Shown in pieces: positions 11,183 to 19,900 of a DNA stretch of 64,000 nucleotides. The stretch lies in IMG/VR virus record IMGVR_UViG_3300028599_000003; one strand, written 5' to 3'. The stretch comes from a virus. The first letter of the stretch is position 1. Each line of letters begins with the position of its first letter. The notes under the pieces are model-generated. The model had not been told where the DNA came from and did not search any database. It saw nothing but the letters and a program-made list of their open reading frames with translations. Position numbers and translations under genes: made by a program.

Positions 11183-12181
11183 TTAAGGGTATACTAATAT
11201 CTCCAAAGGTGTTCTAAGCAATTGACTATCTTGTAGTACATTTGTTGCACCAAAATACGTTTGTAAAGAAAAGTCAGCACTACTTGTACTATTTATATTA
11301 AATAGATGTGGGCTTGACTTACCTGTTTGTGATATATTTATTACTGCTTTATCTATGTCAGCCAGATCACTGGAAAAATCAAATTGATATGTTCCTACAC
11401 CATCTCTACTTACACTTAATGTAAAATCTGTTGTATTTTCTAAAACAGTTATTACTGGAGCACTATCACCAGCTTGGGTCAACAATGCTCTATATATTTT
11501 TGGTATTGTTGTAAAGTTTGAAATACTTATTGTATCTCCTTTTGTTTGAACATCTATATCACCACCACCAATTAAAGTTCTAAACCTCAATTGATCACCC
11601 ACTTCACTTTCAAAAACTTCTTGGCCTCCACCTATATTAATTGCAGATGTTTGATCACCACCACCTGTTGCATTAATAACTAATGAACTACCATCATCAC
11701 TTATATTTATATTAGAACCTGCCACTATAGATTTAAATCTCAGTGATTCACCAACTTTATCTTTATATAAACCAAAACCTCCTCCTATATTTTCTGCAGT
11801 ATTTGGTTCACCTTCTGTTGTGATTTCTACATAGTCATCATCTGAAGATAAATTTAAAGTTAAATTAGAACTTAATGATTTAAGTGTACGGAAATATACT
11901 GTACATTCACCTGTATCAGGATCATTAACAGTTTTTTGATAAACTGTAGCTGTATCTCCTTTAGCTACAACTGGTGTATTTTCATTAGTACATCCCTTAC
12001 CTTCTATCTTAAAGTCACTAATCTTAATAAGCTTAACCGCTTTATAAGGGATGGGAGATGCTACACCAGTCATGTCTGGAGTTTCATTCCATTTACCTAG
12101 TACTAAGACATCATCTTTTTCAGCAACTTTAGAATACTTGCCTTGTCTAATTAAACTTAATATGTCAGTTAAAATATTCAT
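11183..12181 (-). CDS. fibre-like structural protein with tandem NIGGG...LRF(K/R)(S/T) repeats (332 aa)
   Basis: Two about 46-aa repeats (AENIGGG...LRFKSI; AINIGGG...LRFRTL) plus a partial third. The C-terminal LENTT domain is shared with 7157-9913. Confidence 0.7.
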   Translation of the reverse strand: MNILTDILSLIRQGKYSKVAEKDDVLVLGKWNETPDMTGVASPIPYKAVKLIKISDFKIEGKGCTNENTPVVAKGDTATVYQKTVNDPDTGECTVYFRTLKSLSSNLTLNLSSDDDYVEITTEGEPNTAENIGGGFGLYKDKVGESLRFKSIVAGSNINISDDGSSLVINATGGGDQTSAINIGGGQEVFESEVGDQLRFRTLIGGGDIDVQTKGDTISISNFTTIPKIYRALLTQAGDSAPVITVLENTTDFTLSVSRDGVGTYQFDFSSDLADIDKAVINISQTGKSSPHLFNINSTSSADFSLQTYFGATNVLQDSQLLRTPLEILVYP

Positions 12182-12184
12182 ATC

Positions 12185-12403
12185 TTATTTGCCATCATAG
12201 GTCCATCCACCCATTTTATATTTTTGTTTTTTATCTTTGCCGGATTTATCCTGTACAATTCTTTCTGCATCACCTCCCTTACGCATTTTTTCTGTGTAAG
12301 AGCCTTGCATCATGTCTTCTAGTTCACCACCAGTTCTCATAAGCATTTTACTTTTTTGCCTTGATAACTTCTGCTTTGGTAAACATGGTCTATTTTTTGC
12401 CAT
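12185..12403 (-). CDS. small basic protein with repeated MxxGG motifs (72 aa)
   Basis: MRTGG, MRKGG, YKMGG; Lys/Arg-rich. Confidence 0.7.
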   Translation of the reverse strand: MAKNRPCLPKQKLSRQKSKMLMRTGGELEDMMQGSYTEKMRKGGDAERIVQDKSGKDKKQKYKMGGWTYDGK

Positions 12404-12414
12404 TTTAATTAAAT

Positions 12415-12561
12415 TTAAATATCCAATGTAAACGTTACAAAGAACAAGTATACTTTCATTGTTGCATAATTAAACTCAGCATCTGGTTGTATAAACTCCC
12501 ATCCTAATGCTAATCTGTTATGTGGCCAATGAAATGCTATTTCTAATTGCCAATCTCCCAT
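12415..12561 (-). CDS. 48-aa aromatic-rich protein (MGDWQLEIAFHWPHNRLALGWEF...TLDI)
   Basis: Translated by hand; the ATG overlaps the upstream TAA (TAATG). Confidence 0.7.
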   Translation of the reverse strand: MGDWQLEIAFHWPHNRLALGWEFIQPDAEFNYATMKVYLFFVTFTLDI

Positions 12562-12662
12562 TATATTTTACTTTTGGTTTTATTACATAGTCCTTGACGG
12601 CAGTGTCCTAAACAAACCTTACCTCTTGAAACCCACTGAATTAATAAACAAATTTGTCTCAT
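12561..12662 (-). CDS. 33-aa Cys-rich basic peptide (MRQICLLIQWVSRGKVCLGHCRQGLCNKTKSKI)
   Basis: Translated by hand; coupled to neighbours on both sides (ATGA and TAATG overlaps). Confidence 0.65.
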   Translation of the reverse strand: MRQICLLIQWVSRGKVCLGHCRQGLCNKTKSKI

Positions 12663-12919
12663 TTTTTTACTGGTCTTTTTTTAGGAGCCCTTTTTCTAGT
12701 TTTACCTACAACAGCTTTAGGAACATGCCCTAGTTGATTACCAACCTCTTTTATTGCTCTACCTACATCAGCTAATTCATCTGCTGTAAGTTTATAGCGT
12801 TTTACAATTTCTACTAATGTAGATTTTGCTTTTTCATCTATTGTTGTTCTTGACCATATAGCTATCCAATAGTCTTGTAAACTATAAGTCCAAATAACGT
12901 GTATAATTTTCTTAAACAT
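12659..12919 (-). CDS. hypothetical protein with a very basic C-tail (86 aa)
   Basis: First gene downstream of a TTTGTATATTA motif; ends KTRKRAPKKRPVKK. Confidence 0.7.
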   Translation of the reverse strand: MFKKIIHVIWTYSLQDYWIAIWSRTTIDEKAKSTLVEIVKRYKLTADELADVGRAIKEVGNQLGHVPKAVVGKTRKRAPKKRPVKK

Positions 12920-12946
12920 ATTTATGTTTTTAAAGTACTATATTAA

Positions 12947-12957
12947 TAATATACAAA
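12947..12957 (-). promoter_or_regulatory. recurring upstream motif TTTGTATATTA (putative late promoter)
   Basis: Exact copy 28 nt upstream of start 12919; identical copies at 45841 and 63767. Confidence 0.6.
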
Positions 12958-13088
12958 TTTTGTCAGACTTAAACAACTGATTGAGACATATAAATATTAT
13001 CTTCGCATTGCTTACTGATATATATAAATAATAAACATTGGTTCTCTTTTATATCTCAGTTGTATTTAGTAAATTAAATATATCTAGT

Positions 13089-13123
13089 AGCTTCATTTTC
13101 TCCTGTAGGAAATGAGGCTTTTT
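13089..13123 (+). terminator. terminator-like hairpin in the leader of the RNR beta gene
   Basis: AGCTTCATT/AATGAGGCT stem capped by TCC-tgta-GGA, then TTTTT, ending 20 nt before ATG 13144. Confidence 0.5.
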
Positions 13124-13143
13124 AATCCTTAATAAATAACCTT

Positions 13144-14124
13144 ATGAACAAAAACATCTTTAAACCCAGAGTAAATATACTACCGTATGAGTATCCACAA
13201 CTATTAGCATACAAGGATGCCATTAGACATTCCTACTGGATTGATACAGAATTTAATTTTACAGAAGACATACAAGACTTTAAAGTCACTATATCAAATG
13301 AAGAAAAAGATGTTATTAAAAAGACAATGCTTGCTATTGCTCAGATAGAAGTTAATGTAAAAACTTTTTGGGGAGATCTTTATAAGCGCATGCCTATTAC
13401 AGAAGTAGGTGATGTAGGCTTTACTTTTGCTGAGTCAGAAGTAAGACATAAAGATGCCTACGCCAGGCTGCTTAGAATACTAGGATTAGAAAAAGAATTT
13501 CAATCAGTAGTTGAAGTGCCTGCAATAGAAGGTAGACTTAAGTACCTAAAGAAGTACTTAGATGGTACACGTTCTAGAGACAATAAAATGTATACTAAGT
13601 CTGTATTACTATTTTCTTTATTTATAGAACACGTAAGTCTATTTAGTCAGTTTTTAATTATGATGAGCTTTAACAAAGAAAAGAATGTACTTAAAGGTAT
13701 ATCTAATGTTGTTGAAGCTACTAGTAAAGAAGAAGAGATACACGGCAACTTTGGTGCTGAACTTATTAATATAATTAAGAAAGAAAACCCGGAGTGGTTT
13801 GATGAAGAGTTTGAAGAACTCATTTATTCTGCATGTAGAAAAGCATATAGAGCAGAGTGTGGTATACTAGATTGGATTTTTGAACAAGGAGAGCTTGAGT
13901 TCTTACCAAAACAAACCATCTATCACTTTATAAAAAACAGATTTAACAACTCTCTAGAAAAGATAGGTATGAAACCAATCTTTGAAGTCAACCAAGAACT
14001 TTTAAAATCAGTAGAATGGTTTGATATAGAGATAACAGGCACTAAAGAAGGAGACTTCTTTTACAAGAAGAGTGTTGACTACAATAAAAAAAGCAAAAGC
14101 ATCACAGTTGATGATTTATTTTAA
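13144..14124 (+). CDS. nrdB: ribonucleotide reductase beta subunit with class Id signature
   Basis: E69-xxx-K73 (AQIEVNVKTFW), E99xxH102, radical Tyr106, IEHVSLF, EEEIH. Confidence 0.93.
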   Translation: MNKNIFKPRVNILPYEYPQLLAYKDAIRHSYWIDTEFNFTEDIQDFKVTISNEEKDVIKKTMLAIAQIEVNVKTFWGDLYKRMPITEVGDVGFTFAESEVRHKDAYARLLRILGLEKEFQSVVEVPAIEGRLKYLKKYLDGTRSRDNKMYTKSVLLFSLFIEHVSLFSQFLIMMSFNKEKNVLKGISNVVEATSKEEEIHGNFGAELINIIKKENPEWFDEEFEELIYSACRKAYRAECGILDWIFEQGELEFLPKQTIYHFIKNRFNNSLEKIGMKPIFEVNQELLKSVEWFDIEITGTKEGDFFYKKSVDYNKKSKSITVDDLF

Positions 14125-14136
14125 AAACAAAAACCA

Positions 14137-15762
14137 ATGGAATATAATAAATACTACTGGCTGAATGAAGACAGCCGCACATTTTTATCAAGAGGGTATA
14201 TATCTGAAAGCCCTGAACAAAGAATCAAAGACATTGCTATAAAAGCAGAAAAGTATTTGAATATAAAAGGCTTTGCAGAAAAGTTTGAGGACTACATGGC
14301 AAGAGGTTTTTACTCTTTGTCTACTCCTGTATGGATTAATTTTGGTAAACAAAAAGGTTTACCTATAAGTTGTTATGGATCTAACGTTGATGATAACTTA
14401 GATAGCATATTAAATGCTGGCCGTGAAATTGGAATGATGAGTAAATATGGGGGAGGCACAAGTGCTTTTATTGGCAACATTAGAGCAAGAGGAACTGAAA
14501 TATCTACAGGCGGCTTTGCTGATGGCCCAGTGCACTATGCTAAGATTTATGATACTGTAGTAGATGTATGCAAGCAGTCTGAGGCTAGACGTGGTGCTTG
14601 TGCAGTATACCTACCAGTTGAGCATGCGGACATCTTAGAGTTCTTGGATATTGGCACAGAGGGTAACCCTATACAAAATTTGCAGTATGGTGTTACAGTT
14701 ACTGATCAATGGATGACTGAAATGAAAGAAGGAGATAAAAGCAAGCGTAAGGTATGGGCTAAGATTATTCAAAACAGAAGTGAATTTGGATTTCCGTATA
14801 TTATGTTTAAAGATAACTCTAATAACAACTCACCTTACAAAGAGCTTGGGATGGAAATCACAGCGTCTAATCTATGTTCAGAGATCCAGCTTCCCACTGA
14901 TAGTTATAACTCTTTTGTATGTTGCCTTGGTTCTATCAACTTATTACACTGGGACCTTATAAAAGAGACTGACGCAATTGAAACATATGTATATTTCTTA
15001 AATGCAGTAATGGATGAATTCATTATTAAGTCTGAAACCATGCCAGGCATGAAGAGAGCATTTAACTTTGCTGAGAAGCACAGAGCTATTGGTCTTGGTG
15101 TGTTGGGTTACCACTCATTGTTTCAGTCTAAGCTTCTTGAGTTTGACTCACTACAAGCTAAAGGTTTGAACAGTGAAATATTTAGAACTCTCAAAGATAG
15201 AAGTGAGATTGCTTCTAGAGAATTACATAATGAGTATGGATATACATCTCTTAGAGAAGGATATGCTAACACTACTCTTATGGCCATTGCTCCTACTAAG
15301 TCTAGTTCATTTATACATGGTGCTGTGTCTATGGGTATAGAGCCTATTAAGTCTAACTACTTTATTAAGGATCTTGCTAAGTCTAAAACTATTTACAAGA
15401 ACCCGTTTTTAGAAGAGGAGCTTGAGAAGTATGGTCTAAATACAGACAAGACTTGGAAGTCTATCTTAAAGAAAGATGGTAGCGTGCAACACTTAGATTT
15501 TCCTACCAAAGAAGTATTTAAATCATTTGTAGAGATATCTCCAAAAGAGATTGTTTTGCAAGCAGCACAAAGACAAAAGTATATTGATCAATCACAGTCA
15601 TTAAACTTAATGATAGATCCATCTGTCTCAGCTAAAGATATAAATAAATTATACATGTATGCCTGGGAAGAAGGTGTAAAAACTTTGTACTACCAGTTTA
15701 GTAAAAGCAGTGCTCAAGATTTTGCACGTAACATTTTAGAATGCTCAAGTTGTGAAGGTTAA
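14137..15762 (+). CDS. nrdA: ribonucleotide reductase class I alpha subunit without ATP-cone
   Basis: PISCY, SNLCSEI, APTKSSS, DQSQSLNL, KTLYY and C-terminal CSSC; only 541 aa. Confidence 0.95.
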   Translation: MEYNKYYWLNEDSRTFLSRGYISESPEQRIKDIAIKAEKYLNIKGFAEKFEDYMARGFYSLSTPVWINFGKQKGLPISCYGSNVDDNLDSILNAGREIGMMSKYGGGTSAFIGNIRARGTEISTGGFADGPVHYAKIYDTVVDVCKQSEARRGACAVYLPVEHADILEFLDIGTEGNPIQNLQYGVTVTDQWMTEMKEGDKSKRKVWAKIIQNRSEFGFPYIMFKDNSNNNSPYKELGMEITASNLCSEIQLPTDSYNSFVCCLGSINLLHWDLIKETDAIETYVYFLNAVMDEFIIKSETMPGMKRAFNFAEKHRAIGLGVLGYHSLFQSKLLEFDSLQAKGLNSEIFRTLKDRSEIASRELHNEYGYTSLREGYANTTLMAIAPTKSSSFIHGAVSMGIEPIKSNYFIKDLAKSKTIYKNPFLEEELEKYGLNTDKTWKSILKKDGSVQHLDFPTKEVFKSFVEISPKEIVLQAAQRQKYIDQSQSLNLMIDPSVSAKDINKLYMYAWEEGVKTLYYQFSKSSAQDFARNILECSSCEG

Positions 15763-16015
15763 AAAAAGAATACTTAAATTATTAGCTTATACAAATAAGC
15801 TTACATCATATCAAAAGGTTGCATCCCGTATAGGTTATATGGGTGCAGGCTTTTTGATAGCTGGTCAATGGACACTACATCCGGGATTATTTATACTGGG
15901 TTTTATATGTGTAGTTATACAAACATCATCACGTAAACAATGGAATCTTGTTGCTTTAAACGTTAATGGATTAATTGCTTGGACAGTTCATCTTATTAGA
16001 ACAATGGCAGGATAA
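15752..16015 (+). CDS. small multi-pass membrane protein (87 aa)
   Basis: Three hydrophobic segments; GTG start overlaps the end of nrdA. Confidence 0.65.
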   Translation: MKVKKRILKLLAYTNKLTSYQKVASRIGYMGAGFLIAGQWTLHPGLFILGFICVVIQTSSRKQWNLVALNVNGLIAWTVHLIRTMAG

Positions 16016-16024
16016 GACTAAAGT

Positions 16025-16438
16025 TTATTTTCTTAATCCTTTATGGTTGTCAATTCTATCTAGAACTTTATTAAGTTCTTCTGTTTTAATTAAGCCTGCC
16101 ATAGAAGCATTCTTTAAAGCGCTTATAAGTTGTAGTATCATAAAGGGTACTACAACTACCTCAGATAACCAGCTTGTACCTGAAAAACCTTTTTCTACCA
16201 TAAGTATAACTGTGAGGATAGCTATCCAAACAAAAGTGTTTCTAGTAATTCTTAATGCCTTATATGTTTTAAACCCTTCTCTTTTACAGCCAGCCCAAAC
16301 TCCAAAAATGCCATCTAACCATAATACTGAACAAACCGCCAGGTACTGTTCCATGTTTTCCATTGATAAATCAAAAAAGTACGTACATAAGTACGTGCAG
16401 AATGCTGTTATGCTCACTATAAGTAGTTTAGTTGTCAT
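16025..16438 (-). CDS. holin, Phage_holin_4_1-like
   Basis: TM helices; LDGIFGVWAG...K...LISALKNASMAG matches the D-x-x-(T/F)G...S-x-x-(E/K)N...G pattern. Confidence 0.75.
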   Translation of the reverse strand: MTTKLLIVSITAFCTYLCTYFFDLSMENMEQYLAVCSVLWLDGIFGVWAGCKREGFKTYKALRITRNTFVWIAILTVILMVEKGFSGTSWLSEVVVVPFMILQLISALKNASMAGLIKTEELNKVLDRIDNHKGLRK

Positions 16439-16829
16439 TGTTAAATTTAATTTTCTTTTGTACTCTTATAGGAGTAACAACATTAATTGGCTTTACTGGT
16501 TTAATTATTGGTGTTGTTACTAGTCTTGTATGCATTACAGGTGGACTGTATGTTTGTCTAACATTAACATTTGGAACACTGTGATAATTCCAATTCCAGT
16601 TCTGCCAGTTTCCTCTGTATTGATATCTATAATGATCACGGTTTATAAATTCTCTTATTCTATTATCAAGAATTCTAAACTTAAAGTCTCTAACAGGCAC
16701 CGCAAGAGTGTCACCTTTTTCTGTTATAGTTAAAATACTTTTAATCTTATAGCTTGTAGATATATTATATGTACCACAAGATGAGAACGTTAGGATTATT
16801 ACTGCTAATACTGTCAATATATTTTTCAT
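16428..16829 (-). CDS. lipoprotein (possible o-spanin-like)
   Basis: MKNILTVLAVIILTFSS-C signal II lipobox; Pro-rich C-terminus; immediately upstream of a holin. ATG 16829 is preferred over TTG 16841. Confidence 0.65.
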   Translation of the reverse strand: MKNILTVLAVIILTFSSCGTYNISTSYKIKSILTITEKGDTLAVPVRDFKFRILDNRIREFINRDHYRYQYRGNWQNWNWNYHSVPNVNVRQTYSPPVMHTRLVTTPIIKPVKPINVVTPIRVQKKIKFNNDN

Positions 16830-16862
16830 AGTTATTCTCAAATGTCTTTATATCCTATATAA

Positions 16863-16873
16863 TAATATACACT
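16863..16873 (-). promoter_or_regulatory. variant upstream motif (AGTGTATATTA)
   Basis: GTATATTATTA core shared with the 12947 copy; precedes the lipoprotein-holin pair. Confidence 0.45.
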
Positions 16874-16897
16874 TTTTTGGTGTACATATCAAACAAA

Positions 16898-16917
16898 TCC
16901 CTAGGTATTATCAGGGA
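16898..16917 (-). terminator. possible terminator after the giant-gene operon
   Basis: TCCCT-N10-AGGGA followed by TTTGTTTG on the - strand. Confidence 0.4.
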
Positions 16918-16928
16918 AACTCAATATT

Positions 16929-19900
16929 TTATTTAATATAGAAATCAGCATTCTTAAGATAAGAATCCCATTTTTGAATAGAATATACTATTGGAAACAC
17001 ATCTTTAAAGTTTTTATATAATTTTAATTCTCCTTTTCTGTTACCTCTTTGATATACATAATTAGAGTTGGCATAAAAAGCTTCTTCATTTCCAGTTACT
17101 TTTGCCATTGAATGTTTGAAACCTCCAATAAACAACATCTCAAAAAACTCAGACATTTCACTAACTGATCTTGATGCAGCAATTGGAGAGTTAAACATTT
17201 GTTCAACTTGCTCAAATCCTGCAAAAGAAGGCATAAATAATACAAGCTCTTTATAAACTCTATCTGCTTGATACCTTGTTAAATTCTTAAATCTCTTTTC
17301 AGTATCACTATCATCATCATCTCCGGATAGTATATCATCAAACAGTAAAGAAATAAACATGACACTAAACATAATACCTAAATCACCCATACTTCTATAG
17401 AAGCCAAACAACCTATTCTTAGCCCTTTGATCTATGTTACCACCTTGACCATAGTCTCTAGCACCTTGCTCACCAAACTTTTGGGTTGTGTATTCTTGAA
17501 CTTGTTGATCAAGATATTCTTTACCCATTGTTCTAAAGTTCATATTACCTTGGGCTAATTCTTTTCTTGCAAAATTTAAGAATGATAAAGCAGATCTATA
17601 TCTACCTTCCATCCATCCTAAATTTTGATCAAAGTATTCTCTCTGGTATCTTGCTCTAATTGCTGGAGCTAACCACTTTTTAAATTGAATAGCTAAAGCA
17701 CCTAATGTATGAGATTGCAATACAATTCTATCTTCCTTAGCGTAGTTACCATGAATTTGTTTATTGACTTCTCTTATCTCATTTCTGATTTCATATCTAA
17801 CCTCATCAGTATAAGTTGATTCTTGACCATTCCTTCTAATTACTGTATCAAAACCTTCTTTAATTTTATTACCATGTGTTGTTGCATCATATTCAAATGC
17901 ATCATAAAATGATAATTGTTCTCCTGTTTTGCTATTCTTAAGCATAGTATCCATAAGTATGGCCATACCCACTTTAGTTTGTGAATTATATTCCGCAGCA
18001 TCTTGCATTATATAACCCCATTCAGTTGCTCTATCAAACCAACTCTTACCATCATCAGTAGCTCTACTTTGTTCACGTATGTCAGACATACTATCCATCA
18101 TTCTAAACATGTCAACAAATCCCTCATACTTACTATTAGGCATTTTTTTATTATAGTCTGCTTTAGCTAAACCTGGTATAATCCCTAATGTTACTACGTC
18201 AAGTAAATCTTCTGCACCACCATGTGCCGTTCTTTGAACTAATCCTGGGATAGCTCTTTTATTAAATTCCCAAGTTGCTCTTTTAAATGATTTTTGGCTG
18301 TAAAATCTTCCACCAATGGACTCAATATTATTATTTATTCTACCAATTAAGTAGTTATTAAAGTTACCAAATGGATTAAATGCTACATATGATAAAGATG
18401 ATAGTTGAATAAGACCATCTGCAATTTTATCTACAGTACCCTTTGTAATGTTTTCATTATCATAATGAATCATAGACATAAACTTCTTAGCTCTACGTAC
18501 TACATTTTTTTCTTGTGTACTTGTATTTGCTTTAGTCCCTAGATTTTCAACAACCTTATCTTTTATTTTTGCTGTTAAATTTAATCTCATGCCTGGAGCT
18601 GGAGTATACGTTCTTTGCTCTATAACTTTTACAAAAGCCTTTAACGTGTCATCTACAGCACCCATTGTTTCATAGTTTTGGGCCATAGCACTAAACTTAA
18701 GTAAACTAGATGCCATATCTGTACTAACTTGACCTCTACTTGGTGTAGCTCTTAACCTTACCATTTTACCATTTAATACAGCTATTTCCTTCTTGTATCT
18801 CTGATCTTGGATTTCATTCTTTTTATACTTTGATTGCAAGAGATCAATCTCTTTTTGCAAATCAGCCATATCAGAATCAAGCTTAGGTCTACCTGTATAG
18901 TAGATAGGCATCTGATCAATGATATAACCTTCATTATCTAGTATAACATTTTTTTGAGTAGAAGTTTGTTGAAACATATTCCATGCTCTACTCTCTGACA
19001 TACTAGCGTACAACTTAGTAAACAATGTTCCATTGTCTTTTACTTCAGACATTAATTTATTCTGTACTAATGGTACTCTACCAAGCATGTTTGATGCTTG
19101 ACCAATTGGAATTTTCTTTAATAAGTCTTTCTCATACATATCTACGTATAAGTTATAGAACTCTCTTTGAGCAACAGACTTGGCATCAGTACCAGACATT
19201 ATAGCATCATACTTTGGATTTGCCATATTACGTCCGTCAAGTGTAGTAAGAAGTATTTCTCTAAACTCTACTTTTGGAACCATCATATCTTGACGGTCTT
19301 CTATAATCTGTCCTGTTGCTACACCTTTTACTCTTACTGCTCTAGTATATTCTATTGGCTCATAGTATCTTGCAACATAAGCAGCATACTCTCCATCTGA
19401 AACATTCTTTTTCTTTTCCCAGCTTCCTCTAGTATTACTTTCAGCACCTGGTCTCCATACTTCATATTGGTTTCTTATATCTATAAACTTTTGTGTATAT
19501 TTATGATATTGCCCTGAAGGACGCAGTGATCCATCATCTCTTTTTTCCTCAGCCATATAGAAGTCTCCATATGCTTTTTTCTTGGCAGCTAAATCTTTAT
19601 TATATTCTATATCCTCTGCACTTGCTTTTTCTAAATCATATACAGGTCTATACTGATAAGGTGTACCTTCATTGTCATATAATTCACTTCTAAGAGAATT
19701 TTGTATAGCCCAGTATTGCTCACCTACTTTTGTTACATATCTACCATTAAATGTACCGTCTGCATCAAACTCCAACATGAAATCATAAAGCTTATCAAGT
19801 TTTAGTTCAGGTGATAGTTTAGCAAGCTTTTGACCTGCTGCTCTAATAACTGTTTCCCTTTGAGCAACCAAATCAAGTAATTTTTGATTTTGCGCTTTTC

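Noticed and set aside
12920-13143. tRNA or known riboswitch in the largest intergenic gap
   Set aside because: No cloverleaf, T-loop or recognisable aptamer consensus.
13144-14124. Class Ic (Mn/Fe) RNR because the first ligand is Glu
   Set aside because: The radical Tyr is retained and the class Id Lys is present.
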